11,464 nt of DNA from a bacterium. GTDB lineage: Bacteria > SAR324 > NAC60-12. Positions 1-7,008 of this stretch are shown here, one piece after another. Below the pieces are notes generated by a model. The model was not told where the DNA came from and did no database searches. It was given only the letters and a program-made list of their open reading frames with translations. The position numbers were made by a program, and so were the translations under genes. The DNA is taken from positions 1 through 11,464 of the forward strand of contig CBDBHR010000008.1 of the NCBI GenBank assembly GCA_965205865.1, given 5' to 3'. The number at the start of each line of letters is the position of its first letter. Position 1 is the stretch's first letter.

Positions 1-221
1 GGCAGAGCTCCCGAACCCAGTGCTGCAATGATTGATAGTCAATCCGTCAAAACCACGGAACTGGCTGATAGTCGAGGTTTTGATGGAAATAAACGAATCA
101 AAGGGCATAAAAGGCATGTAGCTGTCGATATCTCGGGAATTCCTCTCATGGTTAAAGTCACTGATGCCAATGCCTCCGATTCCAAAAGTGCTTACGATCT
201 TTTGGAATCGATGTTTAGCTG
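1..221 (+). pseudogene. IS5-family (IS1031-like) transposase, 5' part (starts before the window; interrupted by IS at 222)
   Basis: Frame 1 reads GRAPEPSAAMIDSQSVKT...GFDGNKRIKGHKRHVAVD..G.PL.VKVT.AN.SD, the typical first-D region of IS5/IS1031-type DDE transposases. Homology stops at the TIR at 222. Confidence 0.9.
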
Positions 222-263
222 GACCCTAGCCGAAAAGGGTTTCGAAAATAGTAAATGTAACCA

Positions 264-294
264 ATTTGATTCTATTTGATTCTCTATTTGATTC
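264..294 (+). repeat. Three subterminal direct repeats ATTTGATTC inside the IS end
   Basis: ATTTGATTC at 264-272, 274-282 and 286-294. Confidence 0.7.
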
Positions 295-419
295 AATATG
301 ACGAGAAAACGATTTTTTTGTTTTTTATTCGCCCACAGCACAGTTTTTATAGGGAAAAAATCTTTTTTGGACATACTTTCCTCGCCCCTGCTCATATTTC
401 ACACTCCCCCATTGAATAT

Positions 420-1949
420 TCAGGCCGCTTGTTTGAGTTGTCTTTTTTTCAACTCAATCATTTTGCAAAAATTATAGGTTAATGCTTTTTCCAGCAACTC
501 TGCCCGAACGTTTTCAATCCCTCTGCGCATAACTTGTCCGAAATGGAAACGATGCTTAAGATGAAACATCAACGACTCTGCAGCAGATCTTCCATTTCGT
601 GATTCCAAATAGATTTCACTTTCCCATTCTTCAATCGGGGTCATCTTTTTTCCCTTTGCCCCACTAATACTAAAAACCTTAACGCCTTTGCCCATCCACT
701 TTTCTCTGATCGCCTGATTGGCATATCCATCATCAAGGCTCACTTCAGAGGGAATGGTGATGGTGCATCGCAAATGTTCAACAAGGGCAGGGTCGAGTTG
801 CCCTGAATCAGCAGCATTGCCCTCCGGAGTAATTAACACGGAAATAAAACCATTTCCGCTCCTTCCTAATTGAGGCTTATATCCGATAAGCGCTTCTCGA
901 TCTCCCTTTTGAATATAAGCCGAGCTCTGATCGGAAAGACTCAATACTTTCTCAGTAGAAGGAACCTTCTTTTCTTCAAAAACTCTTTGATGACAGTAGA
1001 TGATTACCCGTTGCAAATTAGAAATATCTTCATTCATCATTTCAATGAGGCGAATCAAACGCGTTTTCCGAGAAGGGGGGAGAAGAGCTTTTTGGGCACG
1101 GATATCCACCTTTGCCATTTCTTTTAAAAATTTCCCATGAGCGCTTTGAGCTTTCTTCAATAGGGTTTTGTAATGTTTTTTTCGCTTCGTTTTACTGTCC
1201 TTTTTACCTGTCTCAAAAGCCATCATCTTAGAGAGCTTATTCATCTCCTTGATGAGGAAATCAAAATTTCTTTCACTGATCTCAGCGATTCCAAATGTAT
1301 CAAGGGAACGCCCTCGATGGTAGCTTCGCTCCACGAGACGAGTCAATATCGACGAATCAGTAGGCCAAGCTGTATTTCCTTTTACAGAGGTGCTATCCAG
1401 TTTTAAAATATCAAAATCGTCCAACTCTTCATCGAGAACCATTCGAATTTGAGCATCGAAAATAAACTGTCTGCTCTCGTTGCTGACAGCATTGACATTA
1501 TCAAGGATTGTACTCGCTCCCGGCATTTTCAATCCACGGTTGAGCAGAAGCAGATGCAGTGTGATTGACTCTGAAAGAAATATTTGGGCCGTTTGGGATT
1601 TGATACTTCCTAAATATCCCCGAATCATCATAAAAAGGTAGACTAAAAAAGCCGACATCCGAGGACACCCTATTTCCAGCCTCAGTTCTTCCGGCTTCAA
1701 TTCCTCATCTTCTACGGGAAGATGAGGAAGCCATGGATTCCGGGCTTCCTGCCATCGTTTATCCTCTAAACGCTCTTTCTTTTTATTTCTTGCGTATTTC
1801 TCCAAATCCTGTTCAATTTTGTCCAATATCTCCGGCTCTCGCTCAGACAATTGATCAAGTTCTGATAAGAAATTTTCAAATTCTGTATCAGGAGCGCTTA
1901 AAAAAAGATGTTTTTCTGCTCGAATGAATGGTTTCATTTTGGGTGCCAT
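420..1949 (-). CDS. DDE transposase, 509 aa (ISNCY/IS5-like)
   Basis: Single long ORF inside the TIRs. Motifs LDSTSVKGNTAWPTDSSIL, EKVLSLSD...YIQKG, SLDDGY and RSAAESLMFHLK form the DDE triad region. Confidence 0.9.
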   Translation of the reverse strand: MAPKMKPFIRAEKHLFLSAPDTEFENFLSELDQLSEREPEILDKIEQDLEKYARNKKKERLEDKRWQEARNPWLPHLPVEDEELKPEELRLEIGCPRMSAFLVYLFMMIRGYLGSIKSQTAQIFLSESITLHLLLLNRGLKMPGASTILDNVNAVSNESRQFIFDAQIRMVLDEELDDFDILKLDSTSVKGNTAWPTDSSILTRLVERSYHRGRSLDTFGIAEISERNFDFLIKEMNKLSKMMAFETGKKDSKTKRKKHYKTLLKKAQSAHGKFLKEMAKVDIRAQKALLPPSRKTRLIRLIEMMNEDISNLQRVIIYCHQRVFEEKKVPSTEKVLSLSDQSSAYIQKGDREALIGYKPQLGRSGNGFISVLITPEGNAADSGQLDPALVEHLRCTITIPSEVSLDDGYANQAIREKWMGKGVKVFSISGAKGKKMTPIEEWESEIYLESRNGRSAAESLMFHLKHRFHFGQVMRRGIENVRAELLEKALTYNFCKMIELKKRQLKQAA

Positions 1950-1998
1950 AATTCTTAATATTGAAGTTATTCACAGTTATTTCAATGAATTATGGCAC
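1943..1998 (-). promoter_or_regulatory. Inverted repeat pairing the transposase start codon with its putative -10 region
   Basis: GTGCCATAATTC (1943-1954) and GAATTATGGCAC (1987-1998) form a perfect 12-bp IR, with inner ATTGAA/TTCAAT. One arm contains the ATG, the other a TGnCATAAT extended -10. Confidence 0.65.
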
Positions 1999-2060
1999 TT
2001 TTTAACCTCAAGTTTAAAGATATAATTCTAAAAAATACCTTTTCGGCTAGGATCTAGCTG

Positions 2061-2334
2061 GTTCTTTTCGATTCAGATGATTTGGGCCGACGGAGGTTAT
2101 CGAGGGGAATTAGCCCAATGGTTATGGAATCGATTTCAATGTGAACTTGAGATCACTCTAAACCTCCAAGGAACGGGCTTTCAGGTCCTACCGAAAAGGT
2201 GGATCGTCGAAAGAACCTTTTCCTGGTTTGGATGGTATCGAAGACTCAACATCGATTATGAAAGAAAAACAAAAAACTCTGAAAACATGATCTATGTCGC
2301 TATGATTTGCTTGATGTTAAAGAGAATTAAATGA
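2061..2334 (+). pseudogene. IS5-family (IS1031-like) transposase, 3' part
   Basis: IWADGGYRG and PKRWIVERTFSWFGWYRRLNIDYERK motifs. Joins in frame to 1-221 (..ESMFSW-FFSIQMIWADGGY..) after removing 1839 bp. Confidence 0.92.
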
Positions 2335-2350
2335 CTTTCAAACAGGTTCT
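2335..2350 (+). repeat. Probable right terminal IR of the IS5/IS1031-like element
   Basis: CTTTCAAACAGGTTCT followed by AA immediately after the stop codon resembles IS1031-group ends and a TAA target. The partner IR is outside the window. Confidence 0.6.
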
Positions 2351-2386
2351 AAACAATAATTGACAAACCAGCAAGAAAGCGGTCCG

Positions 2387-2467
2387 ATGCATTCCCAGAA
2401 ATGGACAGAAAAGGCCTTTGAGGCGGTAGAGCGAGCCGAGGCATTGGCCATCGGCAGGAATCCAAAC
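2387..2467 (+). pseudogene. Possible N-terminal stub of a ClpB/Clp-N-domain protein
   Basis: MHSQKWTEKAFEAVERAEALA resembles the Clp ATPase N-terminal pattern KFTEKAQEAL..A..LA. Only about 27 codons before it collides with the ISAzo13 stub. Confidence 0.3.
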
Positions 2468-2626
2468 ACCTGTTGCATAGAATACCATGCTCACCCCACC
2501 TCTACCGTACTCTCGATTATAGGCTCTCGCTTTGGCAGCGCACCACAGACGAACACGACGTTCATCCAGAGAAAATTCCAAATCTTTAAATTCTTCTTGA
2601 GTCCTGAGGACGGCTTTGGTATCCAT
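2465..2626 (-). pseudogene. ISAzo13-family transposase N-terminal fragment
   Basis: LDERRVRLWCAAKARA....GRGGVSMV..ATGV matches the ISAzo13 N-terminal HTH pattern (LDER.RRLWAAAEA..LGRGG...V..ATG). Similarity is lost after about 54 codons. Confidence 0.8.
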
Positions 2627-2755
2627 TCGAAATGAATATCAACATTAGATTAAATGTAACCTAAATCCTGCAATTAGATGACAATCAAACATGGAAATGG
2701 TAATATACTCAAATAGTTAACACCAGAATCAACATTTTAAGAGATCACCATTACC

Positions 2756-4114
2756 ATGAAAAACAAACGTAGCGCAAGATCGGCAAGAACGACAGCAAAA
2801 AACATCCATATCAGCCAGGGAGGCAGAGACCTGACCGCGCAAGCAGGCTTGATTCCGGTTGTCAAATTTTTTCACAAAGAAGGGATTGTTTCAAAGACAG
2901 AGCAGACCGTAGATCATCGGCGTGGCGCCACGGGTCTTTATGACGCGGTGGACATGGTCATTTTGTCGGTGGTCGGCATTGTTGGTGGCGCCCGTTCGAT
3001 TGTGACAGTTTGGAACGACCGTGTTTTGAGTCGTGTGGCCGGTTGGCTGAGGATTCCGGATGAAACCACATTCGGCCGCATACTGCGTACTTTCACAGAG
3101 AAAAACATCAATGAGATGGAGAGCTTGAACCATCGGATTCGAGCCGGTATCTGGCGCAAGGCGCTTCGAAGTGGGACAAGCATCGTTGGGATGTTATACT
3201 GTCTTGTGATTGACGTGGATTCCACTGTGAAAACGGCCTACGGCAAGCAACAAGGAGTGTCTGTCGGATATAATCCCCACAAACGCGGTGCAGCTTCGTA
3301 TCATCCTCTGCTGGCATTTTGCGCAGAGACAAAGGAGATTCTTCAGGGTTGGCTTCGTGATGGGAGTGCCTATACCAGCAATGGAGTCGTTGAATTCATG
3401 CGGCAACTTCTTGCTCACTTTCCAAATCGGACTCGCATTCTGTTTCGTGGAGACAGTGGTTTTTTTGTGGGGGATTTGCTGGATTTCCTCGACGAACGAG
3501 GCCATGGCTATCTGATCAAGGTCAAACTCAAGGGGCTTGTCTCGTTGTTGGAAACCCAAAAATGGCAAAAAGTGAAGGGGCAGCCCGCTTGGGAAGGGTG
3601 TGAGTTTTCCCACCAATGTGAAACTTGGAGGAGGTCAAGAAAATTCATGGCCGTACGCAGGGAGAAAGAGGAGGAACTCAAAGGGATGGCCACCCTCTTT
3701 GAGATGAAGGAGTACGATTATTTTTGTTATGTTCTCACTGACGCGCTCACTCCCTGGCAGGTTCACAAAGAGTATGGCCAGAGGGCGGTCGCTGAGACAT
3801 GGATTGAGGAAGCAAAAAATCAAACTGCGCTGGCTCAGATTAAAACCGACGATTTTTGGGCCAACAGCGCCTTGTTCCAATGCGCGATACTCGCTTACAA
3901 CACGCTGCGCTGGATGGCCCTTTGTAGTGGTAACGCAATACTGCGCCGTTGGGAACCGGCCACCATGCGCACCTATCTTGTCCGAATGGCAGGAAAATGG
4001 ACGAGTGGCGCTCGTCAACAAAAACTGAGAGTTCCGGAAAGAACACTTTACAATGCTCAATGGGATGCATGGGTCGCTGTTGAGAGACCTAGATCCTTTG
4101 TTTCACTCCAGTAA
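2756..4114 (+). CDS. IS1380-family DDE transposase, 452 aa
   Basis: LTAQAGL, VIDVDSTVKTAYGKQQGVSVGYNP...YHPLLAF, FRGDSGFF, YGQRAVAETWIEEAK and FWANSALFQ..ILAYN motifs. Confidence 0.93.
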   Translation: MKNKRSARSARTTAKNIHISQGGRDLTAQAGLIPVVKFFHKEGIVSKTEQTVDHRRGATGLYDAVDMVILSVVGIVGGARSIVTVWNDRVLSRVAGWLRIPDETTFGRILRTFTEKNINEMESLNHRIRAGIWRKALRSGTSIVGMLYCLVIDVDSTVKTAYGKQQGVSVGYNPHKRGAASYHPLLAFCAETKEILQGWLRDGSAYTSNGVVEFMRQLLAHFPNRTRILFRGDSGFFVGDLLDFLDERGHGYLIKVKLKGLVSLLETQKWQKVKGQPAWEGCEFSHQCETWRRSRKFMAVRREKEEELKGMATLFEMKEYDYFCYVLTDALTPWQVHKEYGQRAVAETWIEEAKNQTALAQIKTDDFWANSALFQCAILAYNTLRWMALCSGNAILRRWEPATMRTYLVRMAGKWTSGARQQKLRVPERTLYNAQWDAWVAVERPRSFVSLQ

Positions 4115-4168
4115 ATACATTTTGCTGAGATGTAGATTCCCAAATCCAGGGAGAAGTACGTCTTGAAT

Positions 4169-4189
4169 CTTGTGCCCGCGAAAGCGGGT
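4169..4189 (+). repeat. 21-bp REP-like mini-palindrome, copy 1
   Basis: CTTGTGCCCGCGAAAGCGGGT: CCCGC-GAAA-GCGGG hairpin preceded by CTTGT. 18/21 identical to the reverse complement of 4425-4445. Confidence 0.7.
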
Positions 4190-4346
4190 ATCAGATCATC
4201 ACAAAATATGACGATCTAATGGAGGGCGGAAAAACCTTTATGAGCAAGGACTGATGGAAATTCAACTCTCAAATCCTTTTTTTTAAAAAAACCTCTCGAA
4301 AGAGTGGGGGGAAACTCAATCAAAATATTCAATTGCAGGATTTAGG

Positions 4347-4375
4347 TATTATTCTTTTTTCCATTGTGTCCCCTT
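4347..4375 (-). pseudogene. RBS plus first six codons (MEKRII) of a gene cut off by IS1380
   Basis: AAGGGGA (4375-4369), ATG at 4364, and six codons ending exactly at the IS1380 TIR. No continuation on the other side of the IS. Confidence 0.5.
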
Positions 4376-4388
4376 ACATTTGAGGTGC

Positions 4389-4420
4389 AATAAAAAGATT
4401 CACCCGCCCTGGGACGAATC
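4389..4420 (-). terminator. Intrinsic terminator-like hairpin within a 5' leader
   Basis: GATTCGTCCC-AGGGC-GGGTGAATC followed by TTTTTATT on the minus strand, ending about 14 nt before the RBS. Confidence 0.55.
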
Positions 4421-4500
4421 GGATCCCCGCTTTCGCGAGGACAAGTTTTTGTACAGCAGACACGACGTCTGCCACGATCAACCCCACGACGGGGGTGACA
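4397..4500 (-). ncRNA. Candidate structured leader RNA (three-hairpin repeat, isolated copy)
   Basis: CCCC-GTCGT-GGGG, GCAGAC-GTCGT-GTCTGC, an A-run, then the GATTCG..GGGTGAATC hairpin. Clear homology to copies at 10229-10307 and 10355-10432. Confidence 0.55.
4425..4445 (-). repeat. 21-bp REP-like mini-palindrome, copy 2 (inserted in the leader repeat)
   Basis: CTTGTCCTCGCGAAAGCGGGG on the minus strand. Absent at the homologous position (AAAAA^TCCGATT) of the other leader copies. Confidence 0.75.
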
Positions 4501-4511
4501 AGTTTGATGAA

Positions 4512-4540
4512 ATTATCTATTTGTGAGGAATCAATGTCAA
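4512..4540 (-). promoter_or_regulatory. Sigma70-type promoter
   Basis: TTGACA (4540-4535), 17-nt spacer, GATAAT (4517-4512). Predicted start near 4505, directly before the first hairpin of the repeat. Confidence 0.7.
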
Positions 4541-4731
4541 TGGGCGCATCACTGATTTATGGCTTCAAAAATTCTGATAAATGCCTCAGAAAAATTGAAG
4601 GAGGTATCGGATTTTCAACCCTTCAGTGAGATGAGTATCGCCAGGATTTACCAGTGGGAAGGAGGAGGATGGGAGATACGAGTTATTAGGCTACGATCTT
4701 TTCTTATTTCATGTTGCCAAACGATATACAG

Positions 4732-4995
4732 TTACAAGCTATTCACAAGGTTGTTATAGGCTGCATGACTACCAATCCAGAACCATACCATGTACTCTCC
4801 TTTATGTAAGCCGAGTGCACGCCAACCTAAACCAATCCGTACTGAATAAATGTTGTTACGGATATTTTTGTAATAGAGAGAGGGGTGCTGGGAATCCTGT
4901 TTCCACAGTTCGTAGGATTTCTTTGCCCGCTTCTGAATATGCCGGGGAAGGCTGGCATATAGTCTCCGAAAAGCAGGCGTTGTCTTTGATTTCAC
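4732..4995 (-). CDS. Type II toxin, ParE/RelE-superfamily-like, 87 aa
   Basis: Basic small protein with pattern T..FRRLYASLP..IQ..A.K.Y.LWK.D..HPSL..K....YSVRIG.GWRALG......WFWIGSH..Y. GTG start overlaps the upstream stop (GTGA). Confidence 0.85.
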   Translation of the reverse strand: MKSKTTPAFRRLYASLPRHIQKRAKKSYELWKQDSQHPSLYYKNIRNNIYSVRIGLGWRALGLHKGEYMVWFWIGSHAAYNNLVNSL

Positions 4996-5219
4996 TTCCA
5001 GAGGTTTTCAAGAGGTTCAGTTGAGTCTTCATGTATCGACTGTTCTGCCTCTGCGGCAAGCTGATCCAATACGTCAGGAGATTCGGCAAAACTCTGAGCC
5101 CATTGTGCCTCATCAAGAATATCCGAGAAATGTTCCAGAAGATATTGAGCAAGCGATTCCTGCTCGGCTTCTGGCAATTCTGCGACTTTATTGACGACTT
5201 GTTCTAGTATTTTGGTCAT
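4992..5219 (-). CDS. Cognate antitoxin, acidic, about 75 aa (alternative start 5228)
   Basis: MTKILEQVVNKVAELPEAEQESLAQYLLE...EAQWAQSFAESPDVLDQLAAEA. Acidic, upstream of and translationally coupled to the toxin. Confidence 0.8.
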   Translation of the reverse strand: MTKILEQVVNKVAELPEAEQESLAQYLLEHFSDILDEAQWAQSFAESPDVLDQLAAEAEQSIHEDSTEPLENLWK

Positions 5220-5258
5220 GGTATCCATTTGTTTAGAGGAAGTAACCGTTTTATTTTC

Positions 5259-5287
5259 ATTATACCAAAAAGGGCTTCTTTTCACAA
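5259..5287 (-). promoter_or_regulatory. Putative TA operon promoter
   Basis: TTGTGA (5287-5282), 17-nt spacer, TATAAT (5264-5259) with TGn extended -10. Confidence 0.6.
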
Positions 5288-5627
5288 ATTTCCAATTATC
5301 GTTAAATTTAGGAATGAAATTTAAATAAGTTAGAAGTATGGATACGCAAAATTAGGGTACGCGTAACAGCAGGCATAAAACAGTAGAGTTGGGATGCGCA
5401 GCGGTGTACATGTCCCCCAATTTTGCTCACGCCATTGGAAGAATTACAGGTTATTTAAGGTTTGTTCTTTAGGAAAATCAAAAATTTGCGGAAGACCCGA
5501 CCATTCAAAAGTAGGTATGTGAAGCGAGATGCCGCCCAAGAGAATTTACAATGGTATAACTGTATATTATTAGGATGCGTATTCCGCTCTCTTTGAAAAC
5601 GATTATGGCTACCTGAGAAAAGAAGTC

Positions 5628-6803
5628 ATGCCAGCCATTTATGCCTACCTGGACTGTGGAATTCCAGAGAACGGTGTAGCAAGGGTGAGATGTGAATGTG
5701 GAGAAGACTTCTTTGTGGCCTTTTCCTGCAAAAAAAGAATGGTCTGTCCCAGTTGCTCGACAAAAAGGTCAATCCTCTTTGGCGAGAAAGTTCGGCAAAT
5801 CGTCAAGCCGTTTCCTCACCTTCATGTGACCTTCACCATCCCGAAAATACTCAGAGGTTATTTCCGCAGAAACAGAAAATTATTGAAATTGTTGATCCAA
5901 AGCGCCAATTTTGCCATCGAACACTATTTTCACGAAGCTTTGGGTATGAAGGATGGCTATACTGGGGGAATCTATTGTATCCAATCCCATGGTTCTCTCC
6001 TAAATTTTCACCCCCACATTCACTCTCTGGTTCTTGGAGGAATCCTGAAAGATGATAAATTCTATCAACCCTTCCATATTTCTACCGATATCATTGCCAA
6101 AATATTCCGAGCAAGACTCCTGGCGGTCTTACTCAAGCAAGAAGTTATCACACAAGAACTCATCGACCTGCTGATGTCCTGGAATTATAACTCCGGCTTT
6201 CAGGTCCATAGTGATCAAAAAATCAACGGAGCTAATGGTGATCGTATTGAAAAAATTGCCAGATATATGAGCCGGGCAGCCATCTCGGTCGAGAGAGTCG
6301 AGTTCAATCCCGAAGAGAACACGGTAACGGTTTATGAGAAACAAAAGAAAACTTCTTCCTCCAAAAAGGCCCATTACGATATATTGGAGTTTATGGCCCT
6401 ATTGGCAGGGCATATCCCTTCACCCTACGAAACAATCACTTTTTATTATGGGATTTATAGCAGCTCCTATCGAGGCAAGGAAAGAAAAGAAAAAAGAGGA
6501 GAGAGCCCAATGCAGATGGAAAAGATCAAAGGAAAAGCGATAGCCAGCGCAAGTTGGGCACGATTGATCCATAAGATCTTCGAGGTGGATCCTCTGCTAT
6601 GTCCAAACTGCGGCAAGGAGATGAAGATCATCGCATTTATTACCAATCATCAAGAAGTCAAAAAAATTTTAAAGCATATCGGAGAAGAAACCCAAAGAGC
6701 GCCGCCACTGCCATCTATCACCCCCTATGAGACGGATGACTACTATGCCGACTACATCCCCCCTGATGAAGTCTATTTTGCTGATGAAGAATGGGTATCT
6801 TGA
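5628..6803 (+). CDS. IS91/ISCR-family rolling-circle (HUH) transposase; extreme N-terminus probably degraded
   Basis: Zn-binding YLDCG..RVRCECG..VAFSCKKRMVCPSC, HVTFTIP, HUH motif FHPHIH, KIARYMSR, YYGIYS and WARLIHKIFEVDPLLCPNCG. Homology-like sequence (..ENDYGYLRKEV) extends upstream to an in-frame TAG at 5571-5573. Confidence 0.88.
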   Translation: MPAIYAYLDCGIPENGVARVRCECGEDFFVAFSCKKRMVCPSCSTKRSILFGEKVRQIVKPFPHLHVTFTIPKILRGYFRRNRKLLKLLIQSANFAIEHYFHEALGMKDGYTGGIYCIQSHGSLLNFHPHIHSLVLGGILKDDKFYQPFHISTDIIAKIFRARLLAVLLKQEVITQELIDLLMSWNYNSGFQVHSDQKINGANGDRIEKIARYMSRAAISVERVEFNPEENTVTVYEKQKKTSSSKKAHYDILEFMALLAGHIPSPYETITFYYGIYSSSYRGKERKEKRGESPMQMEKIKGKAIASASWARLIHKIFEVDPLLCPNCGKEMKIIAFITNHQEVKKILKHIGEETQRAPPLPSITPYETDDYYADYIPPDEVYFADEEWVS

Positions 6804-6985
6804 AAATTCTCCAGAAAAACCCAGGGATCGCTTTGTCCAAAATCCGGCATTTCAAACCAGCATAAAAGAAAAGCGATAAAAAAATGAACATGCCGCACAC
6901 CCTCCCAGGAAACCTTCCAAAAAAGCAAAAATATCCCTCCTAATTTTGTCTTTACACACATATTTCCAAATGCTATCGTCTTGTG

Positions 6986-7008
6986 TAATTTTTGATTTTC
7001 CTATGTGG
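6986..7008 (+). mobile_element. Putative oriIS terminus of the IS91/ISCR-like element
   Basis: TTTTTGATTTTCCTAT-GTGG about 200 bp downstream of the transposase stop resembles the IS91/ISCR ori motif TTTGAA(A/C)TTCCTAT-N4. It coincides with the methyltransferase truncation point. Confidence 0.7.

Larger units (their letters stand above)
222..2054 (-). mobile_element. Insertion sequence (ISNCY/IS5-like), 1833 bp, apparently intact
   Basis: TIRs GACCCTAGCCGAAAAGG (222-238) and reverse complement of 2038-2054 GATCCTAGCCGAAAAGG (16/17 identical). Direct repeat TAGCTG at 216-221 and 2055-2060. Removing it restores the host transposase frame. Confidence 0.93.
2660..4346 (+). mobile_element. IS1380-family insertion sequence, 1687 bp
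   Basis: Perfect 16-bp TIRs CCTAAATCCTGCAATT (2660-2675) and AATTGCAGGATTTAGG (4331-4346) enclosing one transposase ORF. No target duplication (TGTAA vs TATTA). Confidence 0.92.

Noticed and set aside
870-4070. Many 60-140 aa ORFs overlapping or antisense to the transposases (similar ones overlap the IS91 transposase, MTase and SBP genes)
   Set aside because: Shadow ORFs with no recognisable motifs or RBS, fully explained by the main coding frames.
4456-4498. Guanidine-II (mini-ykkC) riboswitch: two hairpins with ACGAC loops on the plus strand
   Set aside because: Loops are 5 nt and lack the G-ACGR-C tetraloop geometry, are not conserved in the other copies, and are antisense to the promoter/RBS orientation.
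4559-4759. 66-aa plus-strand ORF
   Set aside because: No recognisable motif or SD, and it overlaps the toxin 3' end; cannot be supported.
5361-5460. attC site (GCGTAAC...GTTATTT)
   Set aside because: Outer boxes are poorly complementary, there is no L-box pairing, and no integrase is in the window.
4724-5567. 11-bp inverted repeat ATATACAGTTA/TAACTGTATAT bracketing the TA module
   Set aside because: Does not extend and has no TSD; several 11-bp matches are expected by chance in an 11-kb AT-rich window.
5546-5578. dif/Xer-like site (ATAA-CTGTATA-TTAT)
   Set aside because: Spacer is 7 bp rather than 6, and the XerD arm (TTATGTTAAAT) is not matched.
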